DNA from: the human T2T-CHM13v2.0 reference genome, Homo sapiens
Assembly (NCBI RefSeq): GCF_009914755.1
Contig: NC_060932.1
DNA: 64,000 bases
Strand: one strand, 5' to 3'
The notes under the pieces are model-generated. The model ran no database searches, was not told the origin of the DNA, and worked only from the letters and a program-made list of their open reading frames with translations. The translations under genes were made by a program, and so were the position numbers. This document shows positions 14,659 through 28,649 of the stretch, piece after piece (position 1 is the stretch's first letter; each line of letters starts with the position of its first letter).

Positions 14659-15906
14659 CTACATGTGAGGCTTATGTTGTCAGTGAAGGACCCCGAAGTC
14701 TTAAGGTAAAGGAGAAACAAACTGCTGGGTTGTTGTTCCTGGGTTGTTTTTCGAGGAGTCAGTGTTTGGACTCATGGGGCTTAACATCAAAGTCACTAAA
14801 ACATGCTGAATGGAAAACTGTACACATGGTATGGGGTTACCAGTGTAGCTGCTTGTAGTTATCTGGGCATTAGATAATACAAAATAATTCATCTATTCAG
14901 TTGCGATAAATAGATTATCTGTATACCAATCTTTATTGAATCTTTAAGAATACATTAAGTAGAGGTTTTCAAAGCATTCAGCTACCATTGAACCCGCAAC
15001 AAAAAACTGGAAAGATATTTGGCAGAAAAGATCAAAGGAGAGGAAAGGAGGAGCGTTCTAAAGGAAAAGAACATCAGTACGTGTACAAAAAGAGGGAATT
15101 TTTCTGAGAATATAGCCAGGCATTCTCCAATGAGGCAACACTATATGTATCTATAAACTGAAGTTTGTTGCACAGAAGGATTCTATATTACATAAATTGT
15201 TTTTCACAAAGATAAATAGTTTTCCATATTTTTGACATCAGGTACACAGTCCCTGGCTTTTGTTTATTAAAATATGCCCTGTAGTAATAGTTAAGAGAAC
15301 TTTACCCTATATATGTTGAAGGGCGTTGATGTTTTTAATTTTAAATCAATCTGTAATGTATTTCTGATTTTTGGTATTTTTATAATACATATCTCTATCA
15401 TATAAATTTCTCAATATTTGTCCGAACGCATACACATATATTGACAATATGTCTTACCTCCTTCTTGGATTATTGGATTGAGTTTTCCCCCTTTTAATTG
15501 TGATTCAAAGGAATGGAACAATTTTACAATTACAAAAAATGAGGAATGGAACAATTATTTACATTTCATAATTGTTCTGGGCTTTTCTTAGACTTTGAAC
15601 ATGTGTTTTTCCCTTCTGCATGATTTCTTTGAGGTACTTCTTGCCTGGAATAATAATAATGTAAATTTTTTTTATTAACATTTTTTGCTAAATAAAACTA
15701 ATATTGGTATCACTCTTCCAAGGATATCATGCATTCCAATTTATTGGGTATGATTTAGAAGAAATAAGACTATGTTATTAATGCTTGCAAATGAAAAAGC
15801 ACCTTTGAATGCTTCGAATTTGAATCAACAAGTAGTAAATTATCTAACTGCCTTTTCTATATTTAACATTGGATTTATCCTCATTTAGTTTTTTTGTTTT
15901 GCTCAG

Positions 15907-16735
15907 TTTTTTTTTAACTTTTATTTTAGTATCAGAGGTCCATGAGCAGGTTTGTTATATAGTTAAATTACATATAACAGGGGTTTGGTATACAGATTAT
16001 TTCATCATTCAGGTAATAACCATAGTACCAGACAGGGAGTTTTTGGATTCTAATTCTCCTTCCAACCTCCACCCTCAAGTAGGTGCCATTGTCTATTGTT
16101 CCATAGACATTGCCTTTGTGTGCATGTGTGCTCAAAGTTTAGCTCCCACATACATGTGACAATATGTTTGTTTTGATTTTCTGTTCCTTTGTTTGCTAAG
16201 GATAATGGCTTCCAGATCCATCCACGTTCCCAGAGAGGACATAATTTCATTCCTTTTTATTGCTGCATAGTATTCTATGGCATATATGTTCTGCATTTTC
16301 TTAACCAATCTGCCATTGATGGGCATTTAGGTTGATTTCATGTCTTTGCTATTATGAATAGGGCTGTGATAAACATATGCACAAATGTGTCTTTATGTAG
16401 AATGAATTATATTCCTTTTGGTATATACCCAGTAATGGGATTGCTGTGTTAAATGGTAGTTGTTTTTAGTTCTTTGAGAAATCTCCAGACCACTTTCCAC
16501 AGTGGCTGAACTAATTTACATTCCCATAAGCACTGTATAAGCATTGCCTTTTCTCTGCAACTTTGTAGAGAATTTTGAAGTTGGGGAATATAAAGTCTCC
16601 AGTTTTGTTCTTTTTCCTTAGGATTGCTTTGGCTATGTGGGCTCCTTTTTGGTTCCATATGAATTTTAGGATAGTTACTTTTTCTAATTCTGTGAAGAAT
16701 GTCTTTGTTAGTTTGATAGGAATAGCATGGAATCT
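15907..16735 (-). mobile_element. L1 (L1PA15/16-like) 3' fragment with an internal deletion
   Basis: Same 3' UTR type as the 4640 copy. Jumps in ORF2 at 16561. Confidence 0.9.
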
Positions 16736-17504
16736 CATTTACTTTTAACAGGAGAATGTTTTTTAAAAAAACATGTATATTTATACCCATAAACCTTTTA
16801 CAGTTATTCAAGGTCTAAATTTCAAAAAGATAAATTAAATAAAAAGGTGCTCTAAGAACAAATAACTTTTTAAAGGTCCTATATAAGAAAAGCATTATGA
16901 AATTATATAAGATTGTATCATTGCTAGTTCTATACGTTATTACTAAATATAAAAAATCACACTTTTCTAGAGTCTTTCTGTAGCTTGAGCACAGATGTCA
17001 TCTGAACTCTTGTAAAAGGGAAAATGATGATCCGGTTCTTACACAATTTGTATGTAACATATAATTTTATATACCTGTCACAAATAACATTTCTGTCACA
17101 TATTTATAGGAAAACAGAACTTATGAGTCTCAAAGGTAGCAAGATGGGAGAATTATAATTCAATATGACAGGCTCCATTCAACAAATGGAAAATTCTTAG
17201 GGTAAATTAGGAAGTTTTTATTTTTCGTAAGTGTCAAGTTATCCAAGTATGTTTTGGATAGGAGTCTTTGAAGCACATCTTTGCAAAATAGTGTGGGGTG
17301 ACTTATACAGTCAAATCTCAAGTAACAGTATTGTACACTGCTTAAAAACCTGGAGCAGCATTCCACAACATACAGTTCAGTATGATATTCTGTGTTAAAA
17401 ATATTTCTCTGCTTAAATAACTGGGAGTCATTATAAAATGTTTCTCCACCTTGACATTATTCTGTACAAAGTAAAGGCTTTAACAAGTAAACTTGTTTGA
17501 CTTT

Positions 17505-19357
17505 TACTTTATTTTATTTTATTTATTTTATTATACTTTAAGTTCTGGGGTACATGTGCAGAACATGCCGGTTTGTTACATAGGTCTACATGTACCATGG
17601 TGGTTTGCTGTGCCTATCAACCCGTCATCTACATTAGGTATTTCTCCTAATGCTATCCCTCCCCTAGTCCCCCACCCCACAATGGGCTCCAGTGTTTGAT
17701 GTTGCCCTCCCTGTGTCCATGTGTTCTCATTGTTCAGCTCCCACGTATGAGTGACAACATGCGGTGTTTGGTTTTCTGTTCTTGTGTTAGTTTGTTGAGA
17801 ATGATGGTTTCCAGCTTCATCTATGTCCCTGCAAAGGACATGAACTCATCCTGTTTTGTGGCTGCATGGTATTCCATGGTGTGTATATGTGCCCCATTTT
17901 CTTTATCCAGTCTATCATTGATGGGCATTTAGGTTGGTTCCAAGTCTTTGCTGTTGTGAATAGTGCCGCAGTAAACATACATGTGCATGTGTCTTTATAG
18001 TCGAATGATTTATAATCCTTTTGTTATATACCCATTAATGGGATTGCTGGGTCAAATGATATTTCTGGTTCCAGATCCATGAGGAATTGCCACACTGTCT
18101 TTCATAATGGTTTAACCAATTTACACTCCCACCAACAATGTAAAAGCGTTCCTATTTCTCCATATTCTCTCCAGCATCTGTTTTTTCCTGACTTTTTGAT
18201 GATCACCATTCTAACTGGCTTGAGATGGTATCTCATTGTGGTTTCGATTTGCATTTCTCTAATGACCAGTGATGGAGACCTTTGTTTCATATGTTTCTTG
18301 GCCGCATAAATGTCTTCTTTTGAAAAGTGTCTTCTCATATCCTTTGCACACTTTTTGATGGAGCTGTTTGGTTTTTCTTGTAAATTTGTTTTAAGTTCCT
18401 TGTAGATTCTGAATATTAGCCCTTTGTCAGATGGATTGCAAAAATTTTCTCCCATTCTGTAGTTTGCCTGTTCACTCTGATGATAGTTTCTTTTGCTATG
18501 CAGAAGCTCTTTAGTTTAATTAGATCTCATTTGGAAATTTTGGCTTTTTTTGTCATCGCTCTTGTGTTTTAGTCATGAAGTCTTTGCCCATGCCTATATC
18601 CTGAATGGTATTGCCTAGGTTTTTTTCTAGGGTTTTTATGGTTTTAGGTCTTACATTTACGTGTTTAATCATCTTGAGTTAATTTTTGTGTAAGGTATAA
18701 GGAAGGGATCCAGGTTCAGCTTTTTGCACATGGCTAGCCAGTTTTCCCAACACCATTTATTAAATAGGGAATCTTTTTTCCATTGCTTGTTTTTGTCAGG
18801 TTTGTCAAAGATAAGATGGTTGTAGATGTGTGGTGTTATTTCTGAGGCCTCTGTTCTGTTCCATTGGTCTATATATCTGTTTTGGTACCAGTACCATGCT
18901 GTTTTGGTTACTGTAGCCTTGTAGTATAGTTTGAAGTCAGGTAGTGTGATGCCTCCAGCTTTGTTCTTTTTGCTTATGATTGTCTTGGTTATGTGGGCTC
19001 TTTTTTGGTTCCATATGAAATTTAAAGTATTTTTTTCCGATTCTGCGAAGAAAGTCAATGGCAGCTTAATGGGGATGGTATTGAATCTATATTACTTTGG
19101 GGAGTATGGCCATATTCACAATATTGATTCTTGCTACCATGAGCATGGAATGTTTTTACATTGGTTTGTGTCCTCTCTTATTTCCTTGAGCAGTGGTTTG
19201 TAATTCTCCTTGAAGAGGTCCTTCACGTCCTCTGTAAGTTGTATTCCTAGGTATTTTATTCTCTTGGTAGCAATTGTGAATGAGAGTTCGTTTATGATTT
19301 GGCTTTCTGTTTGTCTGTTATCGGTGTATAGGAATGCTTGTGATCTTTGCACATCGA
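17505..19357 (-). mobile_element. 5'-truncated L1PA7/8-like element with TSD
   Basis: L1PA 3' end ttattatactttaagttctggggtacatgtg and ORF2 C-terminal ORFs. 12-bp TSD ttgtttgacttt at 17493-17504 and 19358-19369; target reads TT/AAAG on the L1 strand. Confidence 0.95.
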
Positions 19358-22300
19358 TTGTTTGACTTTAATTACACTGACTTTCCTGTGGGTTTTGTTG
19401 TTGCTGTTCAGTGTTTTGTTTTTTGGCCATATGATTTGTTTTCCCAAAAATTGTTGCTGATATTTTGTGGAACTAAGTGTTCAATGAAATGTATATTTGC
19501 AAACACTGATACAATGTAACATGAATCTACACTAAGAGATTTATATCCCAGTCTGAGTAGAGATGAATACTGCCTTCTTCTGCATGATGGTTCTCATAAA
19601 AAATTTGTTGAAGATAATACATGTTTGCAGAACATTCTCAGTTTTGACAACAAAAAAATACTGTCATAATTTAAAAAACTAAAGAATTGGTTTGCTTTCT
19701 AAGTGACTATTTCAGTTTTGTATTCACTTGGTTAGATATTTTGATTCTTTATAATTTATTTAACATTATTTTCCCAAATAACATTTTTCTAAGATAAATA
19801 ATGCCATTAGAATAGTAACAATTTTCTATTTAATATGAGAGGCAGATATATCATATTTGACTGCAGTTTGTGCATTTTATATTTTTATTTACATTTACTT
19901 AAAAAGTCAGTATAATGTACATTTAAAAATTTTACAATGTATTACATGTATATATTTTTTGAATATTTCCAATATAAATATGTTTCTAGGAGGATATAAT
20001 ACAGTATGTAGAAACTCTATTCTAATGTAAACATGTTATTACAATAATTTAACTAAAGTAATATTTAAAATTAAAATGTGCAGTATTTTTGAAAAGTATG
20101 CTTATGCATATTAAAATTATATAGTGACATGAACTAACTGACATAAATTATACTGTCCCAGTAAGTGCAGTTATGTTGTCAAATTTTTTTTTTCTGTTAC
20201 TTGAAATATATGGCAGTTATTAAATTTTTTATTTCGATAAAATTCTTTAATTTTTAAAAAGCACAAAATGCATGTTAATCTATGGAAATCTTAAAAATTT
20301 AACATTGTTTCAAAAAATGCAAGGTTTTGAAACAGGAGGTTTAACAAAGAGGAAAAACAATAAAAATTATAAGATGACAGCGCACTCAAGCTAGGCAATG
20401 ATATTTTTCTGAAAATTAGGCTTATCCTCATGAAAAATCATGGACTTCATTGTTCTGTGGAAAGAATTAACATTTACCCCAAGAAACTAAGGGTGTGTGT
20501 CAGATTATGTAAACTTAAGGTAAATATAATTATACAGAGTTCCCTATACATCTCAAGTAATTATAAAGTAATTATGTGAATGGCCTTGAGTTCATTTGAG
20601 TCATGTAATTTTCAGATAAAAATAGAGTATTTTTATTAGTGTAGAATGAAATTTAGATGCAACTAATTAAATTTTCTATAGAAATGCAATTACTAAAGGA
20701 ATTCTACTTAAAATTTCTCCTGTTGCCTATTTTACGCTAAGAAAATTTAACCTTTTATCTTAGAAAGCAATCTAATTTTGTTACCATTGTTAGTTTTTGG
20801 AAGTAGGGAATTTGGGTGTTTCAGCTTAAGACAATTTTCTTAAAACAGTCTATTTTGACTTCCTGAATAAAGCATCCCAATTGTATCTTAACTTAGTTGA
20901 TAAATGTATTTGAAGAGAGGTTAAAACGATTAAAGGTAAACTTTCAGGTACTGTATTATTATTAGCTGAAACACACCTCCAGAACATAAGATTCAGAAAG
21001 ATGCCAACTTACTCAATGAACAATTGATATTTTCAGCCAAGTAATTTACCTTCTGTTTGTTGATTTTTGAGACAAGTTTTCTTTTCTAAGATCATGAAAA
21101 AAGACTAGTCTACAAATCATGGACTGAGAAGCCAGGCTGGCAAGAATTGTTTCACTTGAAGGATAGCATCTGCCTATTATTTGTGTATTACATATATATT
21201 TCAATTGTTAAAGCCATCATGGAGGGGACCATATTTGCAAATAATGGCTTTGAGTTAAACATAAATTCTGCATTTTTATGAGAATAATTGCCTTCAACTT
21301 TTGACTACTTTTTGCTTATCCATTTCCTTTAATTTTCAAAATATATATAATTATATAAACTATATATATCAAAGACTGATCACTGTTCTAAGGCAAGTAA
21401 ACATTTGGAATTTCCTTGGATTATCATTTGCACATCATTACAGAACCTAGTGTCATTGCAGGACACAAAGAAAACCATTTTCTGATAATTAAAATAAATT
21501 TTGCCTTTACACACATATGTTAAATATATTTCTCCATTATAGCAGAGGAACTTAACACAGTGTTGCAGATAAAATACCATTTTTTACATTTTCTTGCAGC
21601 ATTTGAATTTCAGAATATATGAATAAATTATGTAAAAAAGAACTGTACATGTTTAAAAAATAGCTATCAAGTTCAAACATTGCTCTAACCTTTCTTGCAT
21701 GTACTCTTTTAAAGTTAACAGTTTTTGCATTTATCACATTATCAAATTAACCCAACTGGATCAATATTACTTCAACTAATAGGAGACAAAAAAATAGAGC
21801 ACAATTGTATGTAAACATTTCCTGAATGTGGATTAAAATGTTGATTATAAATAACACAAAACAAAAACAATGAGAAAGATAAAGTTCAAGCAGATTAAGT
21901 TCAATTACTTTTCTTCTCACTGGTCTTCAATATAGTAAGTATTTTTTTAACCTTTGTGATTATGATCTGAATTTGGGCAGGCCACTCTCTTGGCCCGGAA
22001 TTAACAAAGTAACTTTACCTTAGTTAAAGCAAATTATTAAACAACACTTAAATACTATTTCTTAGAAGAATGTGTATTTTTTTTAGAAGTCCAGATGAAA
22101 TTTGTATTAATTTGCTTATACCTGTTTAGGGGATGGCAAAAATAAGGTATGTCATTTTTTTTTTTTTAACCAATGTGGGCAGTTAATGGATAAGTCTCAT
22201 ACTGCAGAGGCTTGGGATGTATTTTAGTGTCACCACTGATAATAGGTATAGCACCAAACTGAACTGATTCAGCTTTGGAAACCACAGAGTTAATATAATG

Positions 22301-22949
22301 CAAAAGGCAGTTTCTTTTAAGTTGCTCATATTAGATACTGGATCTCTGTTTCCATTGTTTTTCTGTGCTTTAATTGTTCTAATTACTTCTTACTATTCAT
22401 TTTCCATGGTGCCTATGATGAGATAACCATGAACACAATCACAAGTTGGATTCAGGAAAATGACCTGGCCTGTATACTATAAAATATAAAATCTGAAATT
22501 TCCTAGTTGAAAAGTTATCTGATCCAGACTTCTCTGTATAACGTATTGATAGTTTCAAAGTTGAATATTTGGGCTTCTAAATGCTACAGTGTTTTTAGGC
22601 TAATCAATATGGTTGGCTATGAAGATTTATCAAACTATACCCTGAGGTACCCTAAATAGTATAAAACATTAGGATACCCCATTTTAAAAGAATAATTTAC
22701 CCTACTTCTGTCTCATTTATATGATTCCACCTCCTTTTAGGGTTTTTTAACCATAATTTAGGTTCATAATTTAATGTGTTCATTGATAAATATTTTTAAA
22801 TGCCTTCACAGTAATTCAAAATGCTAATAATTTATCACTTAATCATTATAACATTTCAGGGATAGAAAGAATCATGCCAAACCATAATGAAGACTACAAA
22901 TAAGATATTCCACAATGATGTGGGAACATCTGACTCAACAGATTTGTCC

Positions 22950-23008
22950 GAGGGAGGGAGGGGAGGGCTGGGGAGGGAGGGAGAGAGAGAGAGAGAGAGC
23001 GAGCGAGC
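22950..23008 (+). repeat. (GGGA)n-(GA)n-(GAGC)n purine tract
   Basis: gagggagggaggggagggctggggagggagggagagagagagagagagagcgagcgagc. Confidence 0.9.
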
Positions 23009-23315
23009 AAGAGTGCACAAAACTGTGTTAGCTTGGCATATATTTAGTGGTAATACTCAGGTTAATTTTATAGCTAACTCATTCTACCACACCTCACATG
23101 AGGAGAAAAAGAAACTCCAAAATAAATCTTTAGACATGAAATGAGCCATACTGAGAGTTTCTAGCATTTTATAAAAACAGAGTCCAGATGCAATATGGCC
23201 CCCGGTAGAATGTGATTACACAATGAGCACGCATTCATATTACTCAGGACATCAAGGTTCACATTTCCCATCACTAGAGTCCCCTTTTGAGATTTTTGGA
23301 GCGAGTGGGCATTCC

Positions 23316-23320
<5 letters not shown>

Positions 23321-23351
<31 letters not shown>
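23321..23351 (+). repeat. Pure A31 homopolymer
   Basis: Direct count. No Alu or L1 body is adjacent. Confidence 0.95.
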
Positions 23352-23353
<2 letters not shown>

Positions 23354-23759
23354 GATGCTTAGTACTGGGTCATCCTCACACTCAAACTAGCCTAGTTTTC
23401 CTCATGCCACCGGTAGGTAAAATCAACAGGAATGATGGTCTGTGTTAAAATAGAATTTGTCCAATACCATGAGAAAGTATCTTACATGTGAGTCATTGAA
23501 AATGTAATACCAGTTCATGATTTAGAAAGCAACTGTAGATTTAAAAATTACAGTAAAAGTTTATTCTTGCTTTTTATTTCTCTAGTTATAGCATTCTTTT
23601 ATCCATTTGAAATCCAGCATAATATCTTAGCCACTCATCTCTTGACTCTATTTTCCTAATTGACACCCTGGTATTCAAATGTTTGGGGAGGCGCATATCC
23701 TACTACAGAAGGCCTTTATAATTAGAAATGATAAAGTTCTTATTTTTAACACACTTCTC

Positions 23760-24016
23760 ATAATAAATGAAACTCAGCCTGTGACCATGCCATTGCTTAT
23801 TTTCTTTATAGAATTTTCCACATCATGACATTATCTTGTTTATTTATTTTTATGTTATTTGTAGTCTCCATTTCTCCCACTGCCCAAAAGCTCCAGGAGA
23901 GTTTGGCCTTGCCTATCCTTGTTTGATTGACCAGGTTGTTCAGCAGCACCTAGAATAATGCCTGATATATGGAGGTGCTTCTTACTATTTATTAAATACA
24001 TGAGCAAATGAATGAA
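23760..24016 (+). mobile_element. L2 3' end
   Basis: cagcacctagaataatgcctgatatatggaggtgct...aaatgaatgaa tail. Confidence 0.65.
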
Positions 24017-26820
24017 CTAAAATATAGAAAAAGTAATACATTAATTTCTCTGAAACACAGTTTTCTTGTCTATAAAACTTGGATTAGTTGAACTTAATTC
24101 AAAAATTTTTGAGATTATAATTTTAAAAGTAACCAATTAATTCATTGTACAATAAACAATATATGCTTAATTCGTGTTAGTTTATTTACTTTTATCTTTG
24201 AACAGCATACTACCAAGTAAAGTTGTTATCCAGAACTCAGATAACTTCCATAACCCAGATTATTCCATTGGGTACTTTGAATTACATAATGGACCATAAT
24301 TTGTCAAATGCGTGACAACTTGCCACCTCAGTTGCCACCTTCCTTATTCCTTTCATTTCAGTACATAGCTCCATATGTTATACTTCTATATTAGAATAAA
24401 AAATATGATAGCACAGGATTAAATACATTAAAACTGTAAAGGATACTAAAGTAACATTGATGCATCTAAAAAATATTTGGCATTCACTCCCCTTATTTTA
24501 CCATCAGGAAACAGGCCCAGTGTTGAGCTGAAAGGCCTTGAGATCATCTGACTGAAAAAATAGAACAGATGTGCGAGTGAGTCAATCATTCCAGAACTTT
24601 GACACTACAAATGATCATGCCACTTTCCTGGAGAGCTTAAACTTATTCCTAAACCATTCTCAATATCCAGGGTTCCATTGTGATAGCCCTTTTCAACTGA
24701 TCAGAGTTAGCATGCCAAGTGAAATCCATGTACAATCACATCTTGTCTAAACTTCTCACTTAGATTAGGTGTATATAGATTATTGAATGACATCTAAAAT
24801 GAAACACAGGAATTAAAGTCTGATTTTTTTTACTTCAAATTTACTGATCCTCCTTTTGAAAAAATCAAATTCATTTTACTTATGGATTTATATTTCTTCA
24901 AGATAAATAACAAGTCATTACAAAATAAATACAGACTTCAAAAGATGAAATGTAAAAGGAAACGTATATTTATTCTTTTAATTTTTTAATTAGAAGTTTC
25001 AATTCTTATGAATTTTTGTCTATTAGACTTTTGCTTTGAGGTAATTTATTAAATTTATTTTTCAAGACTTTCAGCTTACTTTTAAATATTGACTTCATAT
25101 TCTGTGCTGTGCATTCAAAACTTAGTGGAATGTCATTAAATCAGCTATAAATTCAAGATGATCTATAAAATCTAATTTAGTAATTCAGTTGACCCAATGG
25201 AACAAAGTATTACGTATTTCTAGAATTTTGGCTATGTCTTTCTTCGGCTTTATATTTCCTTAATTAATTTTGAAAGCTAATAGGTGACTTTTCTTATGAT
25301 GTCTCAAAGGCTTTAGTTGTGGTGCCCAGTGAATTCAGAATCTTGTAGCAAGTTGTAAATAGTAGGAAAGTACTGGGTTTATCGTGTTCTTAAAATTTAG
25401 AGTTTTACCAAGACTTTTTATCTACAATACTTTTAAAATTGTTACTCTTTTACATTGCATGATCAACTCATCTATAGACACTATTATATAATACACATAA
25501 AACTGTATAACAAGAGAAACTAGATGCCTTTTTGGAAAAATATCTGGCTAGTTCACAGATGCTTTGGATCCATTCTATTTATGTTCGACATTTTACACAT
25601 CTTGGTATTTTATGCATATTTTAAGGATTCGTAATTGTGAATCAATTGAGGTTTTCATGCTTTGCAGTGCTCTGAACAATCCCATAATATCTTCTGTAAC
25701 TGTTAAGTAAATAGATAAAAAGCACTAAAATTATTAATAAATCTAATAATTTTAATAAAATTAATTTTAATGTTAAAATTTTAATAAAATTAACACATCA
25801 GGTTTTCTTCATCCTTGAATAAATAATAATCTCTTAGATTTAACGTAAGGAAATATTTTATATGTTATGAATAAATGGTGTATATGTTCTCAAAAGTTGA
25901 GAATGACGTATCTATACTATTTCCCCTTAAATCTTTGGCCTACAGGAAACTTAAACATACATGTAATATTCAACACACTTAATAGTCATATTGTTTATCC
26001 TTTTTGTTATTTCTGTCTCCTCTATGGTTTTTCTTTAATATTTTTGTCTTACTCCATATTGTAAGAAAACTTACATCCTTCTGGAAACAGCTGTATAGAG
26101 AAAATAAGTAACATAGAAAATATGGCTAGATCTACTAAAAATATCTGCAAAAACTAATTTGATGTAACATTTAGTTGTAGCTTATAAAATATACTAAGCA
26201 TTATTGTTGGACTAAGCCAGTTTACTCATTTTAGCTTCATGATTTATATGCACCACTTAAAAAAATTAGTGATTTGGCCATGTTTTTGAGAAACTGTTGA
26301 GTATATATCTATAATCTGCCCTTAAATCTTTTTTTCTGACATAGTCTTTCTCTTTTTTGTATCAATGGTGTTTCTTTGAGTGATGAAAAAACTAGGTGTT
26401 CAATTTATATTTTAAATAAATCAAGTGATCTTTTTTTCAGTTAGAATAATTTTTATTAACTAAAAAAAGTATTAGTGAGTACTATAAAATGAAGATTTCT
26501 CCATTACCATAAAACGTGCTTTCAGGGCAAGTAATAATTCTTACCAAGAGGGAAAGAGAAATGTAAAAAAAAGCCTTCGCTTCAAATTTTGTTATGTGAC
26601 CTCCCCATAGAGGGTAAGCTTCTACCTGGTAATTAGAAGAAGTAACAGGAACGTTTAAAATTCACACAGGTGCTATTTCTGGATCAGTTATTTTAGTGAT
26701 ACAGGAATCATGGTGATATTATTTTAGTGATACACCAATTGATGAAAACATCAATATAATATTGCACTGAATTACCTGGCTAAATACCCATTCCCAACCT
26801 CTATTCTCAATAGTCCCATG

Positions 26821-27670
26821 TGTAATAATAAGAGCTTATGTATCAGTCCCTGTCCCTGGTTCTTAACACAGAGCACCTAAAACCCCTGTAAGTAGGGATC
26901 CTAGGAGAACTTTTCGTTTTCATATTTGGTCTTTAAGCCAGTTCCTGACACAGAATTCCTAAGACCTTGGTAGTTTCCTGAGTGATAGTAGTGTCTTTTA
27001 TTCAAATGCGGTGCCTCTTTGTGGGATCCTGGAAGGAAGCTGGTCACCAGGAAGACCAAGCCATGACTAGAAGCTTGGGACTGACAGCCTCACTCTCCAA
27101 TTTCTAGCAGGATGTGGGGGTGGGAGGATTGGAGTATATAATTAATCATTCCTGTGTGATGAAGCCTCCATAACAATTCCAAAACTATGCGGTTCAGAGC
27201 TTCTGGGTTGATGAACACATCCATGTGCTGTGAGAGTGACAAGCCCCAACTCCCTGCCCTCTGGACCCTTTTAACCCTCAGCTTACATGCCTTTCATCTG
27301 GCTGTTCATTTGTATCTTTCAAAATACTCTTTGTAATAAATCAGCAGTAGGAAATAAACTGTTTTCCTCAGTTCTGTGAGCCAGTCTAGTAAATTATCAA
27401 ATCCAAGGGGTCATGGGATTTGTAGCCCGTTCAGACAGGAATTGTGGGTAACCTGGGGTCCTATCACTTGTGCCTGGGGTCTGAAAAAGGGAGAAATGTG
27501 TGGCAATGAGCCCTTAACCTATGGCATCAGTGCTAATTTCAGTTGGCATTGAAATGGAATTAAACGGTAGGACATGCAGCTGGCATGGGAGTATTGGTTA
27601 TTGTGGGGAAAAACTACACATCTGATCACAGTGTTGAGTGTGGGTATAGAAAAAAACTGCTTTTTCCTTA
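26821..27670 (+). mobile_element. MER21-family solo LTR
   Basis: MER21 motifs: aagaccaagccatgactagaagcttggga, gatgaagcctccat, cttctgggttgatgaacacatccatgtgctg, AATAAA and ttcctcagttctgtgagccagtctagtaaattatc. Confidence 0.8.
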
Positions 27671-28649
27671 TTTGCCCCACTATTAAGAGAAAGAGATTAC
27701 CAAATTCAGGCATTACTATGGTTGGTAAATGGCCTAAGAATCTGCTGGAAATAAGTATTCAAGTATTTGTTTGCACACATATCTGAACCGTCCAAAACTT
27801 TCTTGGAAATTAAAGTCATAGAATAGATATGCTTCCCTGAGCTGAAAGCACTCATTTGTGTTCTGTTTAGATTTAATATCAGGAAGTCTGCATGAGGAAT
27901 GTAAACGGTTGTTTTTGTTTTTGTAACTAATATCTGGAACAGTGTGTAGAGACGCTTCGACAGCAAAGAAAAAAGCTAATAGTGACTCTTTGGGGGGAAA
28001 AGGTTTCTCGTGAATACTGTTTTTGTCTTAGTTTTGGAAACAATGTGGCACAATGTCACTTACAAGGTATGTACAATATTGGACTGGATATATTGCTAAA
28101 AGTTAACAAAGTCCATGCCATTGCCTCAAGTCCTCCTGGATTAAGAGATAAGGTAACAAGGAAATGAAGAAATACATCAAATAAGTAATGATTAGCATGT
28201 GTTTATATTATTGTATATATATTGTATTATATTTACCATTGCATATATGTGTATTTTTGTGTGTAGTTTGATTATGTATATGTAGGGGTATAAGTTTGTG
28301 CACATAGTAGTTTTTTTTGTCCTATCCCAAAAATCAAATCAGAGGGACTCTAGAATGAATAAACTATTAGCTAATTGTTTGATAAACTGTGGTGATTTTA
28401 TCGTTAAAATTCTTCAGTTTTATTAGTCATATATTTAAAAGGGACAGTGTGCCCAGGTTTTCATTAGAGAAGCATTTTATCCAGTATAGATATATGGATT
28501 AAGCTTAATATTTTTAAAACATACATCTTAATTTAACTGATTTTTAAAATACAGAATTGAAAAGGTCTCTACTGACTAATACTCATACCCCTCTTCTTTG
28601 AACTATTTTTAAAAACTCAAGAAAATAAATGAAATGATATCATGTAAGT

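Noticed and set aside
22900-23351. Processed pseudogene ending in the A31 tract
   Set aside because: No poly(A) hexamer at the expected distance, no TSD and no coding remnant upstream.
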